Shown here piece after piece: positions 10,722 through 19,586 of a DNA stretch of 64,000 bases. The DNA comes from an uncultured delta proteobacterium. Its GTDB lineage: Bacteria > Myxococcota_A > Polyangia > Polyangiales > Polyangiaceae. The DNA lies in contig CAWIGY010000075.1 of assembly GCA_963835565.1 (NCBI GenBank), positions 88 to 64,087 of the forward strand, in the 5' to 3' direction. How positions within the stretch are numbered: the first letter of the stretch is position 1; each line of letters starts with the position of its first letter. The notes under the pieces are model-generated. The model was given only the letters and a program-made list of their open reading frames with translations, ran no database searches and was not told the origin of the DNA. Both the position numbers and the translations under genes were made by a program.

Positions 10722-12584
10722 TTACGAAGTGCCAACTGACTTCGTTATGATTGGTTCGACCTGTCTCGATATCGAACGCATGTGTAAATAGGTTTTTGCG
10801 AAAGTCGCTTCATCGATCAGCCCAATCAGGTGTCCATCTTCATCGGTAACTGGAATTTCACGTACGCTGTGGGTCACCATGGCCTCGAGTGCACTGCGCA
10901 GACTGTCTTGCGGCTGGACGGATAGGGGCGTCCGCATCAAATCGACCGCGTTTGTAAGCAGAATCAGCTCAGGTTCCGACGACAAAAAAGTCAAATCGTC
11001 TACCGAGATTATGCCTACAAAATGCTGATGGTCGTCGAGCACGGGATATACATCCTGAGGTCGGTGCTCATGCCATGCGTGAAGCAATTCGTTGGCGGGC
11101 ATGGTTGCCCGGAAACTTATGAACTCAAGCATGTCGGTCAACATCGCAGAAACAGGCATACTTTCAACCGGGTCAGTTGGCGCGTGCGCCGCCAAATGAA
11201 TGCCATCCTGAGCCAGCAACGCTTCGTAGATTGGCATGGGACTAAAACGGCGCGCAATGACGTATGATGTCATGTTGGCGATCATGAGTGGAAGAATCAA
11301 CGAGTAGCTGCCCGTCATTTCCACCACGATGAGGACAGATGTCATCGGGGCGCGAATAATCCCGGCAAACATGGCCCCCATGCCCACGAGAGCGAAAGCA
11401 CCGACCGGATCACTCGAACTGTGAATGAACCTGTGGGCCAAGGTGCCTATCGAGCCGCCCAACATGGCACCTATGAAAAGAGCAGGTGCGAAAATGCCTC
11501 CGGCTCCGCCGCTGGAGTAGGAAAAGACTGTGGCCACCAATTTCATGCCACAGAGCACGAACATCACGCGCAGCGGCAAGAGGCCGTTCAAGGCTTCGCC
11601 CAATGTGGCGTAGCCGCCACCAGTAACACCGCGCGCGTTCATGGTGTAAAGTGCCGTTACAGCTAGCAGGCCAGTCACTAGTCCACCCACGGCGGGTCGA
11701 GTCCATTCGGGCATGAAGCGCATGCGACGGAAACGCTCGCGGAGTCTCAACAATGATCTAGTAAATGTGAGAGATACCAAGGCTGCGGCAATCCCAATCA
11801 CGAGACACAACAATAGTGATTGCAGCTGCAAGAAACTGTACGTTTGGTGAGCTGAAGTGGCTTCACCCAGGCAATTGCGCTCAATTACCGCTGCTATTGC
11901 GGCCGCGACGATTACCCCGGATAGCATGGCCTGGTCGAGATTTCCCAGCACCTCTTCGACGGTAAACGTCACTGCCGCAATCGGCGCGTTGAATGCAGCG
12001 GCAATGCCCGCGGCTGCACCGACCGGGATCAAACGCCGTAAGTTCTTCGGCGACACTCCGACCCATCTTCCGAGCGCGCTGGCCAGACCGGCACACACCT
12101 GCACCGTTGGTCCTTCACGCCCAAGTGATGAACCCGATCCGATTTGGATCGCCCCAATCAGAAACTTGCCGACCGAGTCGCGCATTCGCAGCCGTTCGCC
12201 GTTGCCTGCAAATGCAACCTTTACTTGAGGAATTCCGCTTCCGCGAGCGTTGGGAACCACATATTGAAGAAGTAAACCACAAACCGCCGCCCCCAGCGTT
12301 GGAGTCGCAATTGTCCAGCCTATCCACGACCGACCCCGTGCAGCCATGGACGGCTCTATCAGAAACTGTCCGACAATTTGAATTGCAAGATGAAATGCGA
12401 CTGCCGCCAGTCCGCAAACTACCCCAATTCCGACGGTCAGGGCGAAAAGTCTTTGAGACTCATTGGGCACCCAACGAAGCTCCGCCCGAATTAGGTACAG
12501 ACGACGGAGTCTTAAAAGTTGTCTTACCCGGTATGCAAAGTTGCGCCGCAATCGTCTTGCAAGCAATCCTGCGATTGAGTCCAT
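10722..12584 (-). CDS. ClC-family chloride channel/antiporter with C-terminal CBS pair
   Basis: Carries the ClC signature motifs GSGIPQV, GREGPTVQ and GGIFAPALF. The soluble C-terminus resembles a CBS pair. Confidence 0.9.
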   Translation of the reverse strand: MDSIAGLLARRLRRNFAYRVRQLLRLRRLYLIRAELRWVPNESQRLFALTVGIGVVCGLAAVAFHLAIQIVGQFLIEPSMAARGRSWIGWTIATPTLGAAVCGLLLQYVVPNARGSGIPQVKVAFAGNGERLRMRDSVGKFLIGAIQIGSGSSLGREGPTVQVCAGLASALGRWVGVSPKNLRRLIPVGAAAGIAAAFNAPIAAVTFTVEEVLGNLDQAMLSGVIVAAAIAAVIERNCLGEATSAHQTYSFLQLQSLLLCLVIGIAAALVSLTFTRSLLRLRERFRRMRFMPEWTRPAVGGLVTGLLAVTALYTMNARGVTGGGYATLGEALNGLLPLRVMFVLCGMKLVATVFSYSSGGAGGIFAPALFIGAMLGGSIGTLAHRFIHSSSDPVGAFALVGMGAMFAGIIRAPMTSVLIVVEMTGSYSLILPLMIANMTSYVIARRFSPMPIYEALLAQDGIHLAAHAPTDPVESMPVSAMLTDMLEFISFRATMPANELLHAWHEHRPQDVYPVLDDHQHFVGIISVDDLTFLSSEPELILLTNAVDLMRTPLSVQPQDSLRSALEAMVTHSVREIPVTDEDGHLIGLIDEATFAKTYLHMRSISRQVEPIITKSVGTS

Positions 12585-12850
12585 TGAGACCTATTATCCT
12601 GGCTCGCCTGCTGAGTCACGCGGTTCACCTGATGAAATAGCCCGCTGCCTTCCACCTTACGCTAAAGTATCCGTTCGGCCCATCGAATGAACGATCGCAG
12701 CATTTTACACCTATCAGGCAACGGAGAGCAATGTCGCCTCTACAATTCCCAATTGACGCCACAATATTCCGACTTTTAGCTCATTGCAGGTTTCAGAACT
12801 GCCTACAGTGCCGTTCCGCGTGCCGTAACAGCCAGATTCTGTTTTAATAA

Positions 12851-12916
12851 GTTTCCAGCGAAAAACGCTGAAGTACCGAAAGAATCCTCAACAATCGCCG
12901 CGCGCAGGGTCAGGGG
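12851..12916 (-). repeat. copy A of a ~66-nt intergenic element (partner at 13581-13646)
   Basis: Shares the blocks GTT(T/G)CCAGCGAAAAAC, AAT(C/A)CTCAACAA and GCGCGCAGGGTC with copy B. Lies 5 nt 3' of the cupredoxin stop. Confidence 0.6.
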
Positions 12917-12920
12917 GGAA

Positions 12921-13496
12921 CTAATTCACGATATTAATTACCCCCGCCATGGCTGCGTGGATTGAGCAGTCGTAAAAGAGGGTGCTCGGCGCTGTGGAGT
13001 CAACGACGAAGGTTACATTTCCGGTATCTGAGCCGTTGCCGGTTACGCCGGTATTGTAGGCGTTTGCGGTGCCCGTGCTTTGGACGGTCTTTATGTAGAA
13101 GGGATGCCCGCTGGCATTGACGGCAAAGGTGTACGTGCTACCTCGGCAGAAGGTCAACGTGGGGTTGGCCGTTTCATCAATAAGATAGGCGGTCATGGCT
13201 TGGTTGGTGACATTCAATGTTCCCGCCGCATGGCAGCTGGCAGTTGAGCCACCGGTTCCGGCTGGGCTAGTGCTGCCACCCGTTCCACCCGCGCCGGTCA
13301 CCGCGCCACCGGCGCCCAACGCAAACCCGCCGGCACCCGTCACGGTCGAGGCGCCCCCGGAGGAACTGCCACCGTTGGCGGATATTGTGCCTCCGCCACC
13401 CATCGCGCTGCTTGCTGGATTGCTGCCCGAGCAAGCGCCCATTCCGAATGCGCTAAAAAAAATGGTAAACGGTGCAAGGGGTCGACAGGCGTGCAT
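12921..13496 (-). CDS. cupredoxin-like (type-1 blue copper) lipoprotein
   Basis: Lipobox FGMGACSG followed by a Gly/Ser linker. Candidate copper ligands are His in ASGHPFY plus Cys, His and Met in YDCSIHAAMAG (an amicyanin-type C-x2-H-x2-M loop). Confidence 0.7.
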   Translation of the reverse strand: MHACRPLAPFTIFFSAFGMGACSGSNPASSAMGGGGTISANGGSSSGGASTVTGAGGFALGAGGAVTGAGGTGGSTSPAGTGGSTASCHAAGTLNVTNQAMTAYLIDETANPTLTFCRGSTYTFAVNASGHPFYIKTVQSTGTANAYNTGVTGNGSDTGNVTFVVDSTAPSTLFYDCSIHAAMAGVINIVN

Positions 13497-13580
13497 CTTG
13501 AATGCCTCCTCAATGGCAGGACATTATGTGGGGCCCAGGGTGCACGATGTGCAAGGTGTGACGCCTAAGTATTTTGTTTA

Positions 13581-13646
13581 GTTGCCAGCGAAAAACTTGT
13601 AGGTCTTCAACAATACTCAACAAAGAGGCGCGCGCAGGGTCGGGCC
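13581..13646 (-). repeat. copy B of the ~66-nt intergenic element
   Basis: See copy A. Lies between the Cys-rich lipoprotein gene and the cupredoxin gene. Confidence 0.6.
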
Positions 13647-13654
13647 CCTGCGCG
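13631..13654 (-). terminator. putative intrinsic terminator after the Cys-rich lipoprotein gene
   Basis: 9-bp GC stem CGCGCAGGG/CCCTGCGCG with a 6-nt loop. On the minus strand it is followed by CGCCUCUUUGUUGAGUAUUG. Confidence 0.45.
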
Positions 13655-13712
13655 TCACCGGACGAATCGCGTTCTTCGCCGAGAACTAGTTAATGATCTT
13701 AGCGGGTTATCC

Positions 13713-14270
13713 TTAGCCGTTGATACAGTCGCACTCGGGGGTGCCAATCCCCACGTACATGTAGTTAACGTAGCCATTGTTTAAGCAGCAACAAATACAA
13801 GCCGTGTCCGGCGAGGGCTGTGTGAGCGTGCTGCTGCAAATGGATTTGTCGAATTTATTACTACACTGGCAGGACGTGTTACCAACCCAGCCACTGGACA
13901 TATAGCTCGCGTTGGTACAACATGACGAACAGGCGTCCGAGCTTGCGGTCTGAGCCGCGCAGACGGTGACGCCGGCATCGGCATCGTTCATCGGGTTGGA
14001 ACAGGTGCACTGGTCGTTGTTAATGAAGCTGCTCACCGAGTAGCCGCCAGTAGTGCAGCAAGTTCCGCATTGATCGACCTTGGTTTGGTCGGAGCTACCC
14101 GAGATCGAAGCGCACAGAGTGATATTGATATTCGCGGGAGGATGGGCACTACACGCACCCGAGGTTGCCGGATTGTTGCTCGAGCTACTGCAGCCCACTT
14201 GCGCGATAATGCCGAGGAAAGGAATGAAGTACCGTATATTGCGAGTTATCATGATGCGCCTGTACGTCAT
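13713..14270 (-). CDS. Cys-rich lipoprotein with three internal Cys-motif repeats
   Basis: Signal peptide with lipobox (IIAQVGCSS). Contains three repeats of C-x(9-14)-C-x2-CC-x(3-4)-[GS]Y-x(9-11)-C-x-C-[SI]N. The start codon is uncertain (14270, 14252 or 14297). Confidence 0.6.
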   Translation of the reverse strand: MTYRRIMITRNIRYFIPFLGIIAQVGCSSSSNNPATSGACSAHPPANINITLCASISGSSDQTKVDQCGTCCTTGGYSVSSFINNDQCTCSNPMNDADAGVTVCAAQTASSDACSSCCTNASYMSSGWVGNTSCQCSNKFDKSICSSTLTQPSPDTACICCCLNNGYVNYMYVGIGTPECDCING

Positions 14271-14372
14271 TTTTGATCGAAAGCTTCCCCCAAACACTCA
14301 ATCTGCAGCACTGGCCAAATGGCCTGCCGCGGTGTCGCACACGGTTCCCAGTGAGCTGCTACGGTATCCAGC

Positions 14373-14873
14373 GTGCCGGTCCGCTTGATCTTAATGGGGC
14401 TGCTATTGCTAGCCCTGATTGTTTGGACTCTGCCGCCTGTGAGCGTTACGGCGCGTCGGCAAATCTCGCGCTGGGCAATTCGGATTGCCATTGGAGTGGG
14501 CTTATTAATTCTGCTGCGCCTGGGATTGCCGTGGTTGGCAGTCATTGGCACCGCCTTGGTTGCCGTGCTGCGCTTGGCAACGCCGATATTGGTTCGCCTG
14601 TTGCCGTTCTGGTTGGCCCGGCACAATCAGCCGAATGGGCCTGGAATTCCGGGGCAAAATGCGGGACCGGCGGGATTTCGCAGGCCACCCGACATGACCC
14701 GTGCGCATGCACTTGAGGTTCTGGATCTTCACGAAGGGGCTTCTCGCGACGAAATCCTCAATGCGTATCGAGAGCTTATCAAGAAGGTCCACCCCGATCA
14801 CGGAGGGTCATCATACTTAGCCGCAGAAGTCAATCGAGCGAGGGATGTACTGCTGTCGAAAGACACCCAGTGA
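14373..14873 (+). CDS. membrane-anchored J-domain (DnaJ-like) protein
   Basis: N-terminal TM helices. C-terminal J domain with an HPD motif (ILNAYRELIKKVHPDHGG). Confidence 0.8.
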   Translation: MPVRLILMGLLLLALIVWTLPPVSVTARRQISRWAIRIAIGVGLLILLRLGLPWLAVIGTALVAVLRLATPILVRLLPFWLARHNQPNGPGIPGQNAGPAGFRRPPDMTRAHALEVLDLHEGASRDEILNAYRELIKKVHPDHGGSSYLAAEVNRARDVLLSKDTQ

Positions 14874-14961
14874 TTGCGGTGCGTGCGATGCTTAGCGCTC
14901 ATGACTCTTGGATGCGTTTGCTGGCGTCGAGACCGCCGGCACTTTCAAGCGTGGTGCCCGC

Positions 14962-16230
14962 CTAAATATCCGACCGAACTCCCGCATACGGTAATGTATA
15001 ACAACGGGAAAGCAGCGACTCGACGTAGTCTGCTGGCAGAGAAGCGCAATACATCTGAAGACAATTGAGGTAATAGCTGACCTCGTCGCACGTCGTGCAC
15101 GTAAGCAGCGCATTCAGTCCGTCAATCCACGCAGAGTTGAGGGTCCCGACGCAAGCGATCAGCGAACTGTTGTTTGCCCAACCACAATATCCAATCGCCG
15201 ATTTGAGCCCCGTAAAAGAGCAATTCGACGAGCCACCCGTGCCTTGGACTGACTGCCCGCCGGTACCGGGGCGATACTGCCGGTTGTAGGCAAAGCGCTG
15301 GGGATCTTCCCAAATTTGGCGTAGGGTCTCATTGCGCAGATTGCCTTCAACGAATTCTGCTGGCAAAATCATGCACCCCTTGACGTCACCACAACTGGTA
15401 ATGCCCAAATGGCGAATCCCGGCAAAACAACCGAGCCAGCAACGCGACAGCGCCCCATCGGCTGAACGCAGCCGCGGATCGTCGGTGGTCCACCAGCCCA
15501 ATGCGTCCGTGATAATGGGTCGCAGCTTAGTTCTTCGGGCAAGCCGGCGCAATGTCGCGAGGAGTTCCGGCATGTCTTGTTCCTCCAAAATCAGAGGACT
15601 TCCTGCAGCTCGCCCCATCGGAAGCGTCGGTTGCAGCTGCCAACCAATGGCGCCCGCGCCGAGCAGCTCGTCGCCCATGGATTCAAGTTCTGGCAAGGAC
15701 ATGCGGTTGACTTGCGTGGTTACCCCCGCGGAGATGCGCGCCGCCCTCAGTGCTGAAATGGCTTTGATGGCCTGAGCATGGGCACCGACAGAACCCCGCT
15801 GAGCATCGTGGCTAGACCTCAGGCCGTCAACACTCACTGTGACTGAATTCACACCCGCGTCTTTCAGCTGACGCGCGCAGGTGGGGTCTAGACCTGTGCC
15901 TGATGTGATAACTTCGACAAGCATACGGCGAGCACGAGCCTCTTTGATGAGCCGCATGAGATCCGGGCGGCATAAGGGTTCACCGCCTAGAAAACTCACG
16001 CGCTGGCAACCGAGGTCCTTAAGCTCAGACAGCACGCGAAACAATTCGTCGGTGGTCAGCTCGTTGTCGGCGGCACGCCCGCAATTTGAGCCACAAGTGA
16101 CGCAACGACAAGGACAAGCCGTCGTAAGCTCGAATTCCGCTGCATCGAGATGTGGCTTGAGAAGTAGCGGCAACAATGCCTTAGAGTCGGGCTTTGCTTG
16201 CTTCGATTCATCGTTACCAGCGAATGTCAT
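14962..16230 (-). CDS. radical SAM enzyme with atypical SPASM-like C-terminal region
   Basis: CxxxCxxC motif in CPCRCVTC. The GGEP motif and CFAGIRHLGITSCGDVKGC match a first SPASM half. The distal cluster reads CTTCDEVSYYLNCLQMYC after a Gly-rich insert. The ATG overlaps the stop of the upstream radical-SAM gene (ATGA at 16227-16230). Confidence 0.85.
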   Translation of the reverse strand: MTFAGNDESKQAKPDSKALLPLLLKPHLDAAEFELTTACPCRCVTCGSNCGRAADNELTTDELFRVLSELKDLGCQRVSFLGGEPLCRPDLMRLIKEARARRMLVEVITSGTGLDPTCARQLKDAGVNSVTVSVDGLRSSHDAQRGSVGAHAQAIKAISALRAARISAGVTTQVNRMSLPELESMGDELLGAGAIGWQLQPTLPMGRAAGSPLILEEQDMPELLATLRRLARRTKLRPIITDALGWWTTDDPRLRSADGALSRCWLGCFAGIRHLGITSCGDVKGCMILPAEFVEGNLRNETLRQIWEDPQRFAYNRQYRPGTGGQSVQGTGGSSNCSFTGLKSAIGYCGWANNSSLIACVGTLNSAWIDGLNALLTCTTCDEVSYYLNCLQMYCASLPADYVESLLSRCYTLPYAGVRSDI

Positions 16231-17351
16231 GGAGAGTCGCTTCCTTCGTGAGCCGCGCCTTCTAACAGGCGCAAGCAATGCCGGTTTTCATAGATCGTCC
16301 CGGTCGTATAATAGGACATAATCGGGCAACCCGCGCGGCACAATGTTCCTAAGAGGCACCGCGCGCATCCCCCTGTCAAGCGGGTAGGATCGAATTGTGT
16401 GACGTAAGAGAAGCGCTTTTCGTCATTCCAAATATCGGCCAATGATTCATGGTGGAGCGATCCCGCGTCGAACTCAGCGGGCAGCCCCGAACAGCCACGT
16501 ACTTTGCCCGCGCAACTAATCGACAATAGTCGAACCCCGGCGTTGCACCCAAACCACATCATTGGAACGGTGCGATTGCGAATCTCAAGCTCCTGCCTCG
16601 AACAGTAACCGATGGTGTCTGTAACTTCGATTGGGGGAAATCGAGTGTGAGCGCGCCCTTGCACAATCAGGTCGGCTAGGGCCGGCAGTTGCTCAGGTGC
16701 GAGTACGTAGGGCCGACCGAGCGCTTGCACATGGGCATTGGGTATGGCCAACTGCAATTGCCAATGCTCAACACCGAGCGACCCCAATAACTCGCCGAGC
16801 GATTCGAGCTCAAGCCAATTATCCTGATTGATTTGCGTAATAATGCCAACTGGTAGATGCGGCAGCGCGCGCCGGATGCCATCGAGAGTCGAATCAAAAG
16901 CTGAAGTAGGATGCCCCGTGGGGGCAATTCGGGTTCGATTGTGGGTGTCGCGCAGCCCGTCAACTGAGACGCTCAGGCCATTGACGCCTGCGCGCAGAAG
17001 GCGTCCAATCATCGCATCATCGAGCCAGGTGCCATTGGTAATCAGCTGCACGCACAACCCCAGCTGCTTCAGGTACTTGCAGAGACCTTCCCAATGTGGA
17101 GACAACAAGGGCTCGCCGCCCGTCAGGTTAACCCGTCTACAGCCCAAGTCGCAGAGCTCATCGGCGACCTGCGTCATCTGCTGGAGCGAGAGTTCATTGG
17201 CGTGAGGAAACTTAGCATGCGTTTCGCAGTGGATGCATTCCAAGTTACACTGGTTCGTGATGGACCAAATGCATCGCTCTGGAATACGACGGATTGCACC
17301 TAACGGATGTCGCCACTGGTGGCCTTCATGTTCGTTCGATGCTGTCAACAT
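16227..17351 (-). CDS. radical SAM/SPASM-domain enzyme
   Basis: CNLECIHC (CxxxCxxC) and GGEPLL. SPASM region is canonical (GCNAGVRLLSISCAGKVRGC ... GGCARCLLGTLCRAGC). An AAGGA Shine-Dalgarno sequence lies 9 nt upstream of the ATG at 17351. Confidence 0.85.
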   Translation of the reverse strand: MLTASNEHEGHQWRHPLGAIRRIPERCIWSITNQCNLECIHCETHAKFPHANELSLQQMTQVADELCDLGCRRVNLTGGEPLLSPHWEGLCKYLKQLGLCVQLITNGTWLDDAMIGRLLRAGVNGLSVSVDGLRDTHNRTRIAPTGHPTSAFDSTLDGIRRALPHLPVGIITQINQDNWLELESLGELLGSLGVEHWQLQLAIPNAHVQALGRPYVLAPEQLPALADLIVQGRAHTRFPPIEVTDTIGYCSRQELEIRNRTVPMMWFGCNAGVRLLSISCAGKVRGCSGLPAEFDAGSLHHESLADIWNDEKRFSYVTQFDPTRLTGGCARCLLGTLCRAGCPIMSYYTTGTIYENRHCLRLLEGAAHEGSDSP

Positions 17352-17368
17352 AATTCCGCATCCTTGAA

Positions 17369-18115
17369 TCAAACAAGCCAGCGAGCGAGCGCAGTCGATA
17401 CGGCCAGCAGAACCTCTGGTGGAATTGCGTGTGATCCCGCAAAGGCCATCCAAGTGACGTCCCAACCGGACTCAACCAGTTGGGCCTGCAATTTCTCGGC
17501 GACAACATAAGGCAAGATTGGATCCAACTGTCCGTGGCTGAGCAAGGCGCGCATGCCAGCGCGCCGCCGCGCATTCTCTTGAAATCCATGGGTAACAACC
17601 ATGGCCCCACTCATATAAATAAGCCCAGCCAATGGGCGGTTATCGTGCAACACGGCGTCCAGGCACGCGATAGCACCCTGAGAGAAACCTCCGAGCACGA
17701 TTCGATCCGAAGCCAGATTGAACTTAGCTTGTATCGCGTCAAGCAGGGCAATCACGACTGGACGCGCGGCATAAACGCCATCGGTAGCGCAGCGCGTGGC
17801 CAATTGAACCTGCCCGGTTAACCTGGCTAAATGAAGATTACTATCTTTAGTTTCCCACCAGCCGCGAGCTCCAGCAAAGCCCGACCCCCTGGAATCGCCC
17901 AAGTCCAAGGGCCCTTCAGGAATCACGAACCAAGTACCCTCCGGCGCGTTAAGCTCGTTTGCAATCGATATTAAGTCGGTGCCAGCGACTCCGAAACCGT
18001 GGAGGAGCACCACCGCGGCGGTAGGCATTTGCCCAGGCGTCGCGGGACAAGATTTGATATGGACGTTACTGGGGAATCGCAACTGACAGTGGCTGCACTT
18101 CCTAATAGCAGCCAC
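17369..18115 (-). CDS. alpha/beta-hydrolase (phospholipase/carboxylesterase family)
   Basis: Motifs VVLLHGFG, the nucleophile elbow GGFSQGA, SHGQLDPILPY and GSHAIP. The start is uncertain. The 5' end overlaps the upstream ORF by 145 nt. Confidence 0.75.
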   Translation of the reverse strand: MAAIRKCSHCQLRFPSNVHIKSCPATPGQMPTAAVVLLHGFGVAGTDLISIANELNAPEGTWFVIPEGPLDLGDSRGSGFAGARGWWETKDSNLHLARLTGQVQLATRCATDGVYAARPVVIALLDAIQAKFNLASDRIVLGGFSQGAIACLDAVLHDNRPLAGLIYMSGAMVVTHGFQENARRRAGMRALLSHGQLDPILPYVVAEKLQAQLVESGWDVTWMAFAGSHAIPPEVLLAVSTALARWLV

Positions 18116-18516
18116 ACCGAAAGGCTCGGGCGTGATAGCCGCCGGGCTAGCGCGAGAAAGCTTCCCGGCGAAGATTCGGCTGCCGAAAGCCGCTCGCGAA
18201 TTTCGTCGAGCAGCGCACTGTGTGCTGCGTTCGACAAAACCTCGTTGTTTTGTGCGTCACCTTCAAGTCGCTCGCGCAGATCGCTTTGCAGCGCCTCCAA
18301 TAGTTCACGCATCGATTGCCAGAACTGGACGTCGGCGTGCCGTGAAACCAACAAATAATAGAATTGGTCCAACACCTCCCCAGCGGGTGCCCAGGGCACA
18401 ATTGGCATTCCTTGTTCAAAGAGAAAGCGACGAACTCGCAACAATGACGGCGGAACGAAGCTTAGCGGAGCGCTCAACTGCGGTGAGTCGTCGGACGTTC
18501 GATGCGGTGAGTCCAT
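17971..18516 (-). CDS. hypothetical protein, first gene of the radical-SAM operon
   Basis: ORF with a GGAGA Shine-Dalgarno sequence upstream of the ATG at 18516. The body is helical and acidic (QSDLRERLEGDAQNNEV...). The C-terminal ~50 aa look out of frame, so the 3' end is unreliable. Confidence 0.35.
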   Translation of the reverse strand: MDSPHRTSDDSPQLSAPLSFVPPSLLRVRRFLFEQGMPIVPWAPAGEVLDQFYYLLVSRHADVQFWQSMRELLEALQSDLRERLEGDAQNNEVLSNAAHSALLDEIRERLSAAESSPGSFLALARRLSRPSLSVWLLLGSAATVSCDSPVTSISNLVPRRLGKCLPPRWCSSTVSESLAPT

Positions 18517-18693
18517 TTGGATGTCTCCAAGCCAAAGGTACGGTGTAAGTGCAGCCAACCCGCATTTTTCACGCAAAGCGCGCGGCGCGCAAGGCTCAAC
18601 GGCACGGAAAACGCAAACGGTGGATTTTACTGCGTTGTGAAGGACTTGTTAGCGCGCTATGAACCCATTGCGAAACGGATGTTGGCTCAGACT

Positions 18694-19469
18694 ATGAAGT
18701 TTTCGAAGCGCACAGGGGTGCAGGTTGCGCTTCTGACGTCGGCAACCCTGCTGCTCGGCGCGCAATCGACGTCGGACTCAGCCGCCGATCCCACCATCGC
18801 TAATGATCCAAATGCGACGTCGCGCTGCCCCGCCGACATGCAACTCATTGCGAATGCGTTTTGTATCGACCGCTTCGAAGCGAGCACCGCCGAATTGACC
18901 CCCGACGGCAAAGTTATTGCGCATTCGCCATTCTTGCCGGTAACCGGCCTGCGCGTGAAAGCGCTGTCGCAAAAAGACGTCATTCCTCAGGCGTATATCA
19001 GCCGCAATCAGGCGCTGGCTGCTTGTGTAGAATCGCATAAGCGGCTCTGCACCGAACGCGAGTGGGTAGTCGCCTGCAAGGGCCCCGAGCGAACGACGTT
19101 CCCCTACGGCAATACGCACAAGCCGGGGTATTGCGTTGACACCAACCGCGTAAACCCGCTGATTAGCTATTTGAGGCGCTCGGCTCGGCACGTTACCAAT
19201 TTTCCACCATGAACGACCCAGGGCTCAACCAAGTTCCAGGCACGCTTGCCCCGACTGGTTCCTTTTCCCTCTGCACCAATGGGTATCACGTATACGATAT
19301 GGTAGGCAATGTCCACGAGTGGACTTCCGATCCGCAGGGCACGTTTCGCGGTGGCTTTTATCTGGATACCAAGCTCAATGGTTCCGGTTGCGACTACCGA
19401 ACCGTGTCACATCCAGCAACCTACCACGACTATTCAACCGGCTTTCGCTGCTGTACAGATGCCCGATAG
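18694..19469 (+). pseudogene. FGE/SUMF1-domain (formylglycine-generating-enzyme-like) secreted protein, one frameshift
   Basis: Signal peptide MKFSKRTGVQVALLTSATLLLGA. FGE hallmarks YDMVGNVHEWT and TGFRCC are present. The frame switches between about 19166 and 19210. Confidence 0.8.
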
Positions 19470-19586
19470 CCCACCTCGATGCATTCGTGCGGCGTCAACT
19501 TAGGGCCTTACGTCAACCGGCCTTCGCATCGAAATCGCCGGCTGGTGGAAGCTGTAGCGCATAAGCTCCCCCCGGGGATCACTCGC

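Noticed and set aside
12585-12920. Possible fluoride (crcB) riboswitch upstream of the ClC gene
   Set aside because: No crcB-motif-like sequence was seen. The channel has canonical chloride-type GSGIP/GREGP motifs rather than ClC-F features.
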